Below are positions 20,594 through 30,456 of a stretch of DNA of 47,525 bases, piece by piece; the first letter of the stretch is position 1; every line of letters starts with the position of its first letter. The notes below the pieces were generated by a model. That model was not told the origin of the DNA. It worked only from the letters and a program-made list of their open reading frames with translations, and searched no databases. The position numbers were made by a program, and so were the translations under genes. Origin of the DNA: Planctomycetota bacterium (GTDB lineage: Bacteria > Planctomycetota > Planctomycetia > JALXBF01). The stretch spans positions 1 to 47,525 of the forward strand of contig JALXBF010000130.1 of the NCBI GenBank assembly GCA_026991575.1, in the 5' to 3' direction.

Positions 20594-21928
20594 TTAGCGT
20601 TTCTTCCGTTGGCGCACTTCGTAGACCCGCCACTTGCCTTTCTCGCGACGCAGCACGAGTTGCATCGGGGTACCGGACTGGCTGCCTTCCCGGACAACCA
20701 CTACCGCGGTTGTGCCGCGTGGCGGCAAGGCCCGGTCGACGTAGAGGTTGCCATACTTCCTGACCAGTTCGTTAACCTTCTTCTCGTCGGGCTTATCCTT
20801 GGTCAGTTCGGCCAGGTCGCCTTTGGCCTTGCTGGAGGTCAGGTCTTTGAGCGTCTTGAGGTCCTTCTTCTTCAAGGCAGCCACCCAGCGTTGGACGACC
20901 CCCAGGGGGCTGTTCGGGCTGATCTTCTTGGGCCGCGCGGCACGGCGACCAAAGCCTGGGCCGCCCATTCCGGGCCCGTAGCCGCCTTCCATACCGGGTC
21001 CCATCCCCGGGCCGTAACCGCCTTCCATGCCAGGGCCCATTCCTGGACCATAGCCACCTTCCATGCCGGGGCCATAGCCGCCTGGGCCTCCCATACCTGG
21101 ACCACCGGCCCCCGGATAGCCGCCTTCGCCACCGGGCCCCATGCCCGGGCCCATCGCACCCGGATAGCCGCCTTCACCTTCCGGTCCCATACCGGGTCCC
21201 ATCGCTCCGGGATAGCCACCCGGACCACCTTCGCCGCCGGCACCCGGATAGCCCCCCTCACCGCCCGGGCCCATGCCAGGCCCCATCGCACCCGGGTAGC
21301 CACCCGGACCACCCTCACCACCAGCGCCAGGATAGCCACCCTCACCGCCGGGCCCCATACCTGGGCCCATGGCGCCAGGGTAACCCCCTTCACCACCGGC
21401 TCCCGGGTAGCCACCTTCGCCACCCGGCCCCATGCCGGGTCCCATTGCTCCGGGATAGCCGCCCGGACCACCCTCACCGCCAGCCCCAGGATAGCCACCT
21501 TCCGCACCCGGGCCCATACCTGGCCCCCCGGCACCAGGGTAGCCATCGGGACCGCCTGCGCCCGGATAGCCCCCCATGCCCGGTCCCATGCCGGGCCCGC
21601 CCGGACCGGGCATTCCTCCAGGCCCCATCATGCCAGCGCCGCCGGGACCAGGCATACCGCCCGGGCCCATCATGCCGGCAGCGCCCTGAGGCCCAGCCTG
21701 CTGACCCCCCTGAGCCGCTTGTCCCTGTGGCGTGGCCTGCTGCTGTTGCTGCTGTGGTTGTTGACCGGGCTGAGCCTGCTGAGGCGGTGGTTGGCTCTGA
21801 GCCGATGGTGTGTTGCGAGCGATGGGCTGGTTTTCGAGCGACTCCAGGTCGACACCCTGATAGCAGCCCACGAGCCCGATAGTCGCGACAACACTACCGG
21901 CAAGCAGCCACATCCGGGGCGATCTCAT
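20594..21928 (-). CDS. Predicted lipoprotein with Gln-rich and long Gly/Pro/Met/Tyr repeat region and a basic C-terminal globular domain
   Basis: MRSPRMWLLAGSVVATIGLVGC signal with LVGC lipobox, GGAG RBS, downstream terminator. Confidence 0.8.
   Translation of the reverse strand: MRSPRMWLLAGSVVATIGLVGCYQGVDLESLENQPIARNTPSAQSQPPPQQAQPGQQPQQQQQQATPQGQAAQGGQQAGPQGAAGMMGPGGMPGPGGAGMMGPGGMPGPGGPGMGPGMGGYPGAGGPDGYPGAGGPGMGPGAEGGYPGAGGEGGPGGYPGAMGPGMGPGGEGGYPGAGGEGGYPGAMGPGMGPGGEGGYPGAGGEGGPGGYPGAMGPGMGPGGEGGYPGAGGEGGPGGYPGAMGPGMGPEGEGGYPGAMGPGMGPGGEGGYPGAGGPGMGGPGGYGPGMEGGYGPGMGPGMEGGYGPGMGPGMEGGYGPGMGGPGFGRRAARPKKISPNSPLGVVQRWVAALKKKDLKTLKDLTSSKAKGDLAELTKDKPDEKKVNELVRKYGNLYVDRALPPRGTTAVVVVREGSQSGTPMQLVLRREKGKWRVYEVRQRKKR
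20950..21680 (-). repeat. Coding tandem repeats: about 28-aa PGGEGGYPGAGGEGGPGGYPGAMGPGMG units and 12-aa PGMEGGYGPGMG units
   Basis: Visible in the translation. Synonymous codons differ between copies. Confidence 0.9.
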
Positions 21929-22190
21929 AGCGTGGTCTCCGCTGGACAGCTCGCGTGGTCGGACCGACTCGGCCGCATCCCATTGTACCGCAGCCATATG
22001 TTCTCGAGGGACCACCGCTCCATCCCGCCTTGATCCCCGTTCCGCGTCGCCGCCACCGGCGGCCACGCCGTCAGCACCGCAGCCGACCGATTCGAAAAAC
22101 TCGCCGCACCGTTTTGCCGACAACTATTGTGAGACTGTCGCAGGCAAAAGCCTAGGCCAATCCAGCACGCGAACCGGGGAATCCTCAAGC

Positions 22191-24047
22191 ATGAAGCTCA
22201 TTTGGGTCAAGCGGTCACTCTCTCTGCTGCCGTTGCTGTACGCGTCGGCTACGGCGCTTGCGGCCACGCCAACACCCGCGCAACTGCTGGCCGTGCGGCC
22301 GGCACACGCAGATGTCGCCATCGACACCCCCAGCCCTGCCAGCTACGGCCGGCTGAGCGTCGCACCGTTTCGGTCCGGCCGAATGAGCGGCTGGCTGCTG
22401 CGCGACGCGCATGGAAACCTGCTGCGGTTTTTCCTGGACACCAATGGCGACAAGCTCATCGATCAGTGGCGGTTCTACCGGGCTGGCCGAGAAGTGTATC
22501 GAGACATCGACACGAACGGTAACGGCCGCGCAGACCAGCACCGCTGGTTCAACGAAGGGGGGACGCGCTGGGCGGTTGATATCAACGAGGACGGCATCAT
22601 TGACGGTTACCGGGTGATTTCGCTGGAGGAGGTCCTGACTCAGTTGGCTCGCGCTCTGGGCCGTCAAGAGTTCCGGCTGGTCAAGCCGCTGCTGGCCACA
22701 CCCGCCGACCTGGCCGGACGCGCTGCTCCGAACGAACTAAACGAATCGCTCCGGCAGGCAACGATCGCCAATTTCACGAAGCTCACCGCTCAGCTGCGCA
22801 AGCTAGGCAACCACATCGAAGTCGAGCGGCTTGACCTCGCCCAGCCCGCAACCCTGCCCGGCCCGGCCGTCGATGGCTCGATGGACCTGACGGTCTACCG
22901 AGACCTCATGATCGTCTTGCACGGCTCAGGGGACACCATGGAGGTCATGACCATCCCGTGGCTGGTCCGCATCGGGGCCGCGTGGAAGCTGGCCAGCCTG
23001 CCGCAACCCGCCGCGGACCCATCCGCGGCGCAGACCGCGGGACGACCGCAGCAACAGCAGCCCGACGGCGACCGGCTCCAGAAGTTGATCGAGCGGTTGC
23101 AGGGTCTGGACAGCCAGCTTGCTGCCGCCGGCAGCCCGGCAACCCAGGCCAGGCTTCACCTGGAACGCGCCAGGCTCTTGCAGCAGATCGCGCGGGCAGC
23201 CACCGGCGAGCAGGCGGAACTCTGGTGGCGGCAGGCGATCGACGGGGCACTGCTGGCTGTGGAAGGCAACGTACCAGGAGCGAGCGAGCTGCTCACCGAA
23301 ATTGAGCGCGAACTGAAAACAACAGCGAACAAGCGCGAGCTACTCAGCTACCTGCGCTACCACCGATTGAGCTCCGAGTACTCGCGGCGTTTCCAACAGC
23401 GCAATGCGGATTTCCTAAGCGTGCAGAAACAGTACCTGCGCGACCTGGAGGCATTCGTGCAGTCTGCTGAAGGAACGACGGCCGCGGCCGAGGCGCTGCT
23501 GCAGCTGGGTATCGGCTACGAGCTCATCGGTGAGATCGACAAGGCACGGGCGGCTTACGACCGGATCCGCGTCGGCTATGCGTCCAGTGACTATGTGCGC
23601 AAAGCGCGCGGGGCCTTGCGGCGGCTTGAGCTGGAAGGAAAGCCGTTCCAGTGGGAATGGCTGGGGCTGAGCCGCTTCCAGAGCTACGCTCTGCGTGGCA
23701 AGCACGTGTTGGTCTACTTCTGGGCAACATGGTGTGAGCCGTGCAAGGAGGAGCTGAAAGAGGTAGCCCAGCTGCAGCGTCGCTTCGGGAGCTCGAAGCT
23801 GGCTGTCGTCACCGTGCTCTTGGACAAGGACGTGGCCGCGGCGCGGACGTTCCTGCAGAGTATCGGCGGAGGGTCCTGGATGATGATCGAAGGCAAGCAG
23901 GGGATGGACAGCGAACCAGCCGTGCAACTAGGCGTCTTCTCGCTGCCAACTGCCCTGCTGGTCGGTCCGGACGGCAAGGTCTTGAGCCGTAACGTTCACG
24001 CGGACCAGATCCGGACCACACTGGAACGGGTCTCGGCACGCCGCTAG
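22191..24047 (+). CDS. Secreted TlpA-like redoxin with N-terminal DxNGDG-type repeats and helical/TPR region
   Basis: Signal peptide; DTNGDKLID, DTNGNGRAD, DINEDGIID; C-terminal YFWATWCEPC thioredoxin motif. Confidence 0.85.
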   Translation: MKLIWVKRSLSLLPLLYASATALAATPTPAQLLAVRPAHADVAIDTPSPASYGRLSVAPFRSGRMSGWLLRDAHGNLLRFFLDTNGDKLIDQWRFYRAGREVYRDIDTNGNGRADQHRWFNEGGTRWAVDINEDGIIDGYRVISLEEVLTQLARALGRQEFRLVKPLLATPADLAGRAAPNELNESLRQATIANFTKLTAQLRKLGNHIEVERLDLAQPATLPGPAVDGSMDLTVYRDLMIVLHGSGDTMEVMTIPWLVRIGAAWKLASLPQPAADPSAAQTAGRPQQQQPDGDRLQKLIERLQGLDSQLAAAGSPATQARLHLERARLLQQIARAATGEQAELWWRQAIDGALLAVEGNVPGASELLTEIERELKTTANKRELLSYLRYHRLSSEYSRRFQQRNADFLSVQKQYLRDLEAFVQSAEGTTAAAEALLQLGIGYELIGEIDKARAAYDRIRVGYASSDYVRKARGALRRLELEGKPFQWEWLGLSRFQSYALRGKHVLVYFWATWCEPCKEELKEVAQLQRRFGSSKLAVVTVLLDKDVAAARTFLQSIGGGSWMMIEGKQGMDSEPAVQLGVFSLPTALLVGPDGKVLSRNVHADQIRTTLERVSARR

Positions 24048-24076
24048 CGAAGCAGCTTGGACAGTGTGAGGCAAGA

Positions 24077-24108
24077 AGGGCACGGCCGCACACAGGTGGC
24101 CGTGCCCT
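24077..24108. terminator. Probable bidirectional terminator between the convergent redoxin and RTX genes
   Basis: AGGGCACGGCC/GGCCGTGCCCT stem flanked by AAGA and CTTCTGTT. Confidence 0.7.
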
Positions 24109-24158
24109 CTTCTGTTCGCCGTCAAGTTCTCCGGACCGGCAATCAATCCGTTGCCCGA

Positions 24159-25421
24159 TTAGTCCCAGCTGCTCTCGAAGTAGGACAGGAACAGCTCACC
24201 GCTGGCGCTGCCCACGCTGAGCGTCGCGCCGGGGCGGAACAGCCGCAGGTGGGCCGGGCTAATGTTGCCGGACATCCAGCCGGACTCGTGGTCGTCATCG
24301 TCTTCAGCCGCATCCATCGGATCCTCATAGTCGTCGTCCATCTCGTAGTCGTCATCGTCATCCCAAGAGGACTCGTCGTGGTCCTCCTGTTCGACACCCA
24401 GCTCGAAGTAGAACTCTGCCCAGGCGTAGCCGGACGCGTCAGTGCTCACGTAGCCGATGAGCTGACCGTCGATGTAGACCGGATAGACCTGATAAGGATC
24501 ACCCATGAACTCGATTTCCAGGTACGCCTCCAGCTCGAATTCGCCTTCCTCCATGGAGATTTCCAACGAGAAGTCGGCTCGGCCCCACGCACCACTGACC
24601 GGATCGTTCAACAGTGCGGTCAGAACCGTCTCGAACTCAATTTCATGCTCTGCAGCGCGGGCCCGGTCGCCCACATCGGCATCGGTCCAATCCTGGCCTG
24701 CGCCACCGTGCAGAAGATCGCGGCCCTGCTGACCGAGCAGCATGTCGATGCCCCCGGCACCAAAGAGGCGATCGTTGCCCAGGTAGCCGAGCAGCAGGTC
24801 GCTACCTGCCATGCCCCAGAGGAAGTCGGCACCGGCATTGCCGTGCAACTCGTCGTCACCGGCACCGCCTTTCAGCCGGTCACGGCCGGGGCCACCAACG
24901 AGTTTGTCGTCCCCGTTGGCACCGTGCAGGACATCGTTGCCGCGTCCACCATCGACGTAGTCGTCACCCTGGCCGGCCCGGACCCGATCGTTGCCGCTGC
25001 CGGCGTCGATCCAGGCATCCAGGTCTAAGCGACCGCCAAGAACCACGCGGTCATTGCCGCTGCCCGTCTCAATGTCCAACACCACGCCGGTGTTGCCGGC
25101 AGCAGCCAGCCATTCATCCACGTTGGAGGGGATGACGACACGATCGTTACCCCCCATCGTGTTGATCTGGATCCGATCGATCACCGCACTTGGATCGATC
25201 ACGTGCTCTTCGGTTCCCTGAGAGTTGGCGATCTTGACGACAAGGTTACCGTCGTCGACTTGCAGCTTCACGAAGTCTGCGCTGTCGGACCCCGTGATCT
25301 GAAGCGTTCCCCCCGCAAGACTGACCGACAACAGCTGCCTCTCTTCGAGCAGTTCGAGAGAGGGCCGATACGGCAGATGCGCATGGCGCGTGTTAGTAGC
25401 AGCGTAGTCACGTCCCATCAT
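24159..25421 (-). CDS. Extracellular Ca-binding protein: LEPR-XLL motif, RTX (GGxGxD) repeats and acidic C-terminal domain
   Basis: LELLEERQLLS near the N-terminus; many nonapeptides (GGRGND, GGPGRD, GGAGDD, GNAGAD, GGAGQD). GGGGGA RBS before ATG 25421. Confidence 0.85.
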   Translation of the reverse strand: MMGRDYAATNTRHAHLPYRPSLELLEERQLLSVSLAGGTLQITGSDSADFVKLQVDDGNLVVKIANSQGTEEHVIDPSAVIDRIQINTMGGNDRVVIPSNVDEWLAAAGNTGVVLDIETGSGNDRVVLGGRLDLDAWIDAGSGNDRVRAGQGDDYVDGGRGNDVLHGANGDDKLVGGPGRDRLKGGAGDDELHGNAGADFLWGMAGSDLLLGYLGNDRLFGAGGIDMLLGQQGRDLLHGGAGQDWTDADVGDRARAAEHEIEFETVLTALLNDPVSGAWGRADFSLEISMEEGEFELEAYLEIEFMGDPYQVYPVYIDGQLIGYVSTDASGYAWAEFYFELGVEQEDHDESSWDDDDDYEMDDDYEDPMDAAEDDDDHESGWMSGNISPAHLRLFRPGATLSVGSASGELFLSYFESSWD

Positions 25422-25508
25422 CTGATCCCCCGCTGTTAGGTTGTGACCAACAAGGTTGACATGAGAAAAAGACACGGTCCGGACCGTGCGTGATCGCCAT
25501 GAGAACCC

Positions 25509-25587
25509 GTCGGCAGCCTGGCGATCTCCGAAGGCGGAGACCCATGGCTTTGCGTCCCGGCCTCGCGACCGGTTTGCCCTTTTCGAC
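25509..25587 (-). ncRNA. c-di-GMP-I (GEMM) riboswitch aptamer
   Basis: Minus strand reads GTCGAAAAGGGCAAACCGGTC-GCGA-GGCCGG-GACGCAAAGCCATGGGTCTCCGCCTTCGGAGATCGCCAGGCTGCCGAC. This contains GGCAAAC, a GNRA-capped P2, the GACGCAAAG junction, P3 and closing GCTGCCGA. Confidence 0.88.
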
Positions 25588-25643
25588 GGTTCCCACAGGG
25601 GAGGGCAACAGAGACGGGCTCTCGCCAGCAATCGCTCTACTGA

Positions 25644-25671
25644 CATCTACCTCACGGTTCGGGCCTGTCAA
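25644..25671 (-). promoter_or_regulatory. Possible sigma-70-type promoter for the riboswitch/RTX transcript
   Basis: Perfect TTGACA (25671-25666), 16-nt spacer, weak -10 TAGATG. Confidence 0.35.
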
Positions 25672-26078
25672 GTAAAAGCACGCCCCAGAGCCAACCATGC
25701 CCGCGGTGCGTCCGGCGAACACACGCACGCTGGCCGTCAGGCAGCACCGGGCCCAGCCGAATCCACCGCCGGCGAGTCCACCCCGTGCCCACGAGCGGGT
25801 GAAACCGCTGGAGGCTGTTAGCTGACTCGGCGCTTCGCCACTGCCACAAGCCGGTGTACGCGCCGTGGACATCACCCTGGCCGCCCGCACGGCGTACTGC
25901 CCTTCCGCGGTGGATCACAGCGCACTCCCCCATCGAGCCCGCGGCCAAGCCGCCTTGCAAGCGGTCGGTCCGGACCGCGTCCAGACCAGGGGGGTATCGC
26001 CGACGCGCGTCCAGGTGCCTCTTCCGCCCGGGTCGCGCTATGATGAGTGGTTGGTTTCGTGCGCCGGACGGTGTGTCG

Positions 26079-27812
26079 ATGAGAGGTCTTGATCGATTTC
26101 CACTCAGTGCTCTCGATTACGCTGCGTTCCTCGGCTACTTCCTGCTGCTGTCGCTGGTCGGCTGGTGGGCAGGTCGGCGTGAACACGAACGGGCTGACGA
26201 CTACTTTCTGGCAGGAAAGACGCTGCCCTGGTACGTCGTCGGAAGCTCGTTTATTGCGTCGAACATCAGCACCGAGCACTTCATCGGCATGATCGGTGCC
26301 GCGTTCGTCTACGGCATTTGTGTGGCCATGGCCGAATGGGCCAACGTGCTCACGTTCTCCGTGCTTATCTGGTTGTTCATCCCCTTTCTGCTAGCTTCGG
26401 GCGTGTTCACCACCCCTGAGTACATGGAACGCCGCTTCAGCCCGGCAGTCCGACTGCTGTACGCCGCGCTGACGGTCATCAGCAACGTAGTTGCTTTCCT
26501 GGCCGCAGTGCTGTACGGCGGCGGCGTTGCGCTGCAGAACCTGTTCGGCTGGAGCCTGCCGGTGGCTGTGGTCACTGTAGCCGTTGTCGCCGGCGTGTGG
26601 GCCATCTACGGTGGCCTGCGATCCGTCGCCTGGACCGACTTCGTCACGGTCATTGTCATGGTCATCGGTGGCCTGTTGGTGACGATCCTTGGGCTCAAGA
26701 TGCTAGCGGGTCCGGACGGGTCCCTGCTAGACGGCTGGCGCGTGATGATCGAACGGAACCAGGCGCACGCGGACCCCTGGCGTGAAGCCGTCGCCCGCAA
26801 CCTGACCCATCTCGGCGCCACCGACCACTACAACCGGCTCTCCGTCATCCAACCGATCACGCATCCTGTGAACCCGTGGCCACACTTGATCTTCGGAATA
26901 TTCACCGTCAGCATCTGGTACAACGTGATCAACCAGTTCATGATCCAGCGGGTCCTGGGGGCGCGCAGCCTGTACGATGCCCGCATGGGCATCGTGCTGG
27001 CAGGCTACCTGAAAGTCCTGACACCGGCCATCGTCGTCCTACCCGGCCTGATTCTCTTCGCCGCTTACCCAGAGGTGATGCTGGGGCCGTGGGCGAAGGT
27101 CCGAGTGGAAGCGGACAAAGGCTACGTGCACATGCTTCAGACCCTCATCCCCGTCGGGCTACGCGGCCTGTTCCTGGCAGCGCTCTTCGGGGCGATCCAG
27201 TCTACGGTCAACTCGGTGCTTAACTCCACCGCCACCGTCTTCACGCTCGATATCTACAAACGCTGGTTGCACCCGACTGCAAGCCAGCGACATCTGGTCC
27301 GGGTTGGCATGGTGTCATCGGCCCTCATCCTGGCTATCTCCATCGCGCTTGCCATGGTGATTGAGCGTCTGGGAAGCGGGCTGTTCGTCTACGTGCAGAC
27401 GCTGTACGCTTTCTTTGCCCCCCCGTTTGCAGCGATCTTCCTGCTCGGATTGCTGTGGCGGCGCATCAACGGGCAGGGCGCCCTGGTCGCCGTGGTAAGC
27501 GGCTTGCTGCTGGGGATAGTCATCAAGGCGTACGTGCAATTCGCCCCGGGACATCCCCGCTGGTTGGAGCCGTATGCCATGCAGGCGCTGGTCAACTGGC
27601 TTTTCTGCCTGGCCATCTGCACCGCCGTCAGCCTGCTAACATCGCCGCCAGCGGCGGAGCAGGTCAGCGACCGGTACACGATCAACTGGTCCAAGCTGAA
27701 CCTGACGAGCGGCTTGGGAGACCGCTGGTACAAGAGCGTCGTTACCTGGTGGCTGCTGTTCGTGGCTATCATCCTGTTTCTGGTGATTTGGTTCTCGGAC
27801 CTGGTCTATTGA
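26079..27812 (+). CDS. Sodium:solute symporter (SSS/SLC5) family transporter
   Basis: [43 protein letters not shown], multiple TM segments. Start uncertain (about 26079). Confidence 0.93.
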   Translation: MRGLDRFPLSALDYAAFLGYFLLLSLVGWWAGRREHERADDYFLAGKTLPWYVVGSSFIASNISTEHFIGMIGAAFVYGICVAMAEWANVLTFSVLIWLFIPFLLASGVFTTPEYMERRFSPAVRLLYAALTVISNVVAFLAAVLYGGGVALQNLFGWSLPVAVVTVAVVAGVWAIYGGLRSVAWTDFVTVIVMVIGGLLVTILGLKMLAGPDGSLLDGWRVMIERNQAHADPWREAVARNLTHLGATDHYNRLSVIQPITHPVNPWPHLIFGIFTVSIWYNVINQFMIQRVLGARSLYDARMGIVLAGYLKVLTPAIVVLPGLILFAAYPEVMLGPWAKVRVEADKGYVHMLQTLIPVGLRGLFLAALFGAIQSTVNSVLNSTATVFTLDIYKRWLHPTASQRHLVRVGMVSSALILAISIALAMVIERLGSGLFVYVQTLYAFFAPPFAAIFLLGLLWRRINGQGALVAVVSGLLLGIVIKAYVQFAPGHPRWLEPYAMQALVNWLFCLAICTAVSLLTSPPAAEQVSDRYTINWSKLNLTSGLGDRWYKSVVTWWLLFVAIILFLVIWFSDLVY

Positions 27813-27834
27813 GGCAAACGCGGACGGAAACAGC

Positions 27835-29013
27835 ATGCGGATCGAACGGATTGAAACACTGGTCTGCCACGCCCGAATGCGGAACTGGGTGTTTGTGAAG
27901 GTCCTGACCAGTGAGCCTGGCCTGGTGGGCTGGGGTGAGGCAACACTGGAGTGGCACACACGCTCAGTGCTGGGCGCAATTGACGATCTGGCCACGCTGA
28001 TCGTGGGCGAAGATCCTTGCCGAGTCGAGCACGTCTGGCAGATGATGTGGCGGCAACACTTCTGGCACGGCTCGGGCATCGTGCGCGCGACGGCCATCTC
28101 CGGCATCGATATCGCTCTCTGGGACATCGTTGGCAAGGTGCACGGGGTACCGTGCCATCGGCTCTGGGGGGGACCGGTTCGTGACCGGATCCGGCTGTAC
28201 TGTCACCTGGGCGGCGGCCACATGGAGGACTTCTACGAGACACCGGTTGAGGAAGCGAACCGGTTCGCGGAGCTGGCACGCCAGGCGGTTAGCGAGGGGT
28301 TTACGGCGTTCAAGGCTATGGCCGTCCCGCCCACTCTGCCGCTGGAGGGTCTTGCGCCGGTGCGCGCCGCAGAACGCTGCGTTGCGGCCATGCGCGACGC
28401 GGTGGGCGAAGCCGTCGACATCATGGTCGACTGCCATGCGCGACCGTCGCCGGCGATGGGCATGCAGTTTGCCAAAGCACTGGAACCGTACGGGCTATTC
28501 TTCCTGGAAGAACCATGCTGGCCCGAAGCGCGCGACGGCCTGCGCGCGATTCGGCAAGCCGTGCGCACACCAATTGCCACCGGCGAACGCCTCACCAGCC
28601 TGTACCAGTTTCGCGATCTGTTCGCCGCTGGGGCATGCGATGTATGCCAGTTGGATCTAACCCACTGCGGTGGCTTCACGGGCGCCCGGCGGATCGCGGC
28701 CCTGGCCGAAGCGTACCGCATCGCCCTGGCCCCCCACAACCCCCAGGGGCCAATCAGCACGGCAGCAACGCTGGAATTCGGCTTCGCCGAACCATCGTTT
28801 GTGATCTGCGAGAGCGTGCACCGGGACGTCCCATGGCGCGAGGACGTCGTGCAGGTCGGCTACCACGTTGACCCGAAGAGCCGCACGGTGACCGCCAACA
28901 CGCTCCCCGGCATCGGCGTGACGGTCAACGAAGAAGAGATACGCAAGCATCCGTTCCAGCAGGAACTGTTGCAGCGCGTCTTCTATCGGGACGGCAGCGT
29001 GGGAGATTGGTAA
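27835..29013 (+). CDS. Galactonate dehydratase-like enolase-superfamily (mandelate racemase) enzyme
   Basis: [57 protein letters not shown] terminus (DgoD-like). Confidence 0.88.
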   Translation: MRIERIETLVCHARMRNWVFVKVLTSEPGLVGWGEATLEWHTRSVLGAIDDLATLIVGEDPCRVEHVWQMMWRQHFWHGSGIVRATAISGIDIALWDIVGKVHGVPCHRLWGGPVRDRIRLYCHLGGGHMEDFYETPVEEANRFAELARQAVSEGFTAFKAMAVPPTLPLEGLAPVRAAERCVAAMRDAVGEAVDIMVDCHARPSPAMGMQFAKALEPYGLFFLEEPCWPEARDGLRAIRQAVRTPIATGERLTSLYQFRDLFAAGACDVCQLDLTHCGGFTGARRIAALAEAYRIALAPHNPQGPISTAATLEFGFAEPSFVICESVHRDVPWREDVVQVGYHVDPKSRTVTANTLPGIGVTVNEEEIRKHPFQQELLQRVFYRDGSVGDW

Positions 29014-29015
29014 CC

Positions 29016-30407
29016 GTGAACCAGCCGCGTCCATTGCAATGGACCCACCCTGGCTGTCTTGCTGAGATCGGACTCGCCTCGGCAGACATCACGCCTCCTG
29101 TAGGCATCTACTGCCGTAACTGGGGTGCCGCCCGGCACGACCGCGCCGGAGCGGTCCACCGTCGCCTACAGCTGAACGCGCTCGTCCTCCGCGACAACCG
29201 GGGCCACGAGCTGGCGCTGGTCGAAGGAGACTTGAGCTGGTGGCGCGACCTGGAGAGCTGGTACCGGTTCCGCAACGCTGTGCTGGAGGCCACGGGTCTG
29301 GCTGAGGACCGCTTCCTCTTCGCGCTCAGTCACTCACACGCTTCACCACCGCTGACCTACAGCCCCCCCAAAGCCCCCGGCGCCGACTTGCTTCTGCAAT
29401 GGATGACCTACCTGGAGCAAACCACCGTGGCACTCATCCAGCAGGCGCGTCGCGCGCTGCAGCCTTCACTGCTCGACTGGCACTATGGTCGCTGCCTGCT
29501 GGCGCAGAACCGTGACTTGCGGTTGCCGGGAACAGAGCAGTTCGTGTGCGGGTTTAACCCGCTCGCCAGTCCAGGGGATGAGACGCTGCTGGTCGGCCGG
29601 GTGACCGAACCTGACGGCCGACTGCGCGCGGTGCTGGTCAACTACGCCTGCCACCCGACCACGTTGGCGTTCGAGAACCGTGCCGTCAGTCCGGACTTCG
29701 TCGGTGCCATGCGCGACCGGCTCACCGCCACGCTGCGCGTTCCGGTGCTCTTCTTACAGGGCTGCTCGGGAGAACTCGCCCCGCGATACCAATACACCGC
29801 TGATCCAACCGTAGCGGATCGTCACGGAGATCAGCTTGCGTACGCGGCGCTGGCAACCCTGGCCGACATGGAACCGGCCGGCCAGTCGCTGTGCTACCAG
29901 GGTATGGTCGAATCCGGTGCACCGCTGGCCATCTGGCAGCACCGACAACATGAGCCGCCAAGCCAACTCGACTACCGGCGGCTCCTCGTCGAGCTCCCGC
30001 TCAAAGAGCTGCCCACCGTGGCGGAACTGTCCGCAGCATTACGGCAGGAACGGGACCGGGTACGGAACGAGCGGCTGCGGCGCAAGCTGAAACTGAGGCA
30101 GTCGCTAGGCGATGGCGCAAGCTGGCAGCTGCCGGTTTACCTGTGGCGCACCGGTGAGACGTACTGGGTCAGCACGATGGCCGAAGCGTATAGCTTGCTT
30201 CAGCGGATGCTGCGCGCAGCATTCCCCGCCCGGGCCGTCGTGTGCATAAACCTGGCCAACGGTTCGATCGGCTATCTGCCGCCCGAGGGCCTGTACGACC
30301 GACGGCTATACCAGGTGGAGCAAACCCCGTTCGCGCCCGGCTCGCTAGAGCGCATCATCGAAGCCGCTACGGAAGCGCTGCGACACTGGGAAGAGCAAGA
30401 CCTCTAG
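29016..30407 (+). CDS. Neutral/alkaline ceramidase-like metallohydrolase
   Basis: ADITPP.G, SHSHASP (HxH), LVNYACHPT, SPDFVG, FLQGCSGE, GYLP. Confidence 0.75.
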   Translation: MNQPRPLQWTHPGCLAEIGLASADITPPVGIYCRNWGAARHDRAGAVHRRLQLNALVLRDNRGHELALVEGDLSWWRDLESWYRFRNAVLEATGLAEDRFLFALSHSHASPPLTYSPPKAPGADLLLQWMTYLEQTTVALIQQARRALQPSLLDWHYGRCLLAQNRDLRLPGTEQFVCGFNPLASPGDETLLVGRVTEPDGRLRAVLVNYACHPTTLAFENRAVSPDFVGAMRDRLTATLRVPVLFLQGCSGELAPRYQYTADPTVADRHGDQLAYAALATLADMEPAGQSLCYQGMVESGAPLAIWQHRQHEPPSQLDYRRLLVELPLKELPTVAELSAALRQERDRVRNERLRRKLKLRQSLGDGASWQLPVYLWRTGETYWVSTMAEAYSLLQRMLRAAFPARAVVCINLANGSIGYLPPEGLYDRRLYQVEQTPFAPGSLERIIEAATEALRHWEEQDL

Positions 30408-30456
30408 CAGCAGACACAGCTGCGGACCGAAACGTGCAGTCGTGAGGTGAGCCGCC

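Noticed and set aside
20950..21680. Repeats considered as a possible CRISPR array
   Set aside because: Degenerate in-frame coding repeats without unique spacers, and no cas genes.
20609..22033. 474-aa plus-strand ORF opposite the repeat lipoprotein (and the 224-aa alternative frame 20872-21546)
   Set aside because: Shadow ORFs produced by stop-free GC-rich repeats. The minus-strand frame has the RBS, lipobox and terminator.
24057..25028. 323-aa plus-strand ORF antisense to the RTX gene (likewise 43003-43977 and 5216-6124)
   Set aside because: Antisense shadows of well-supported genes, typical of high-GC codon usage.
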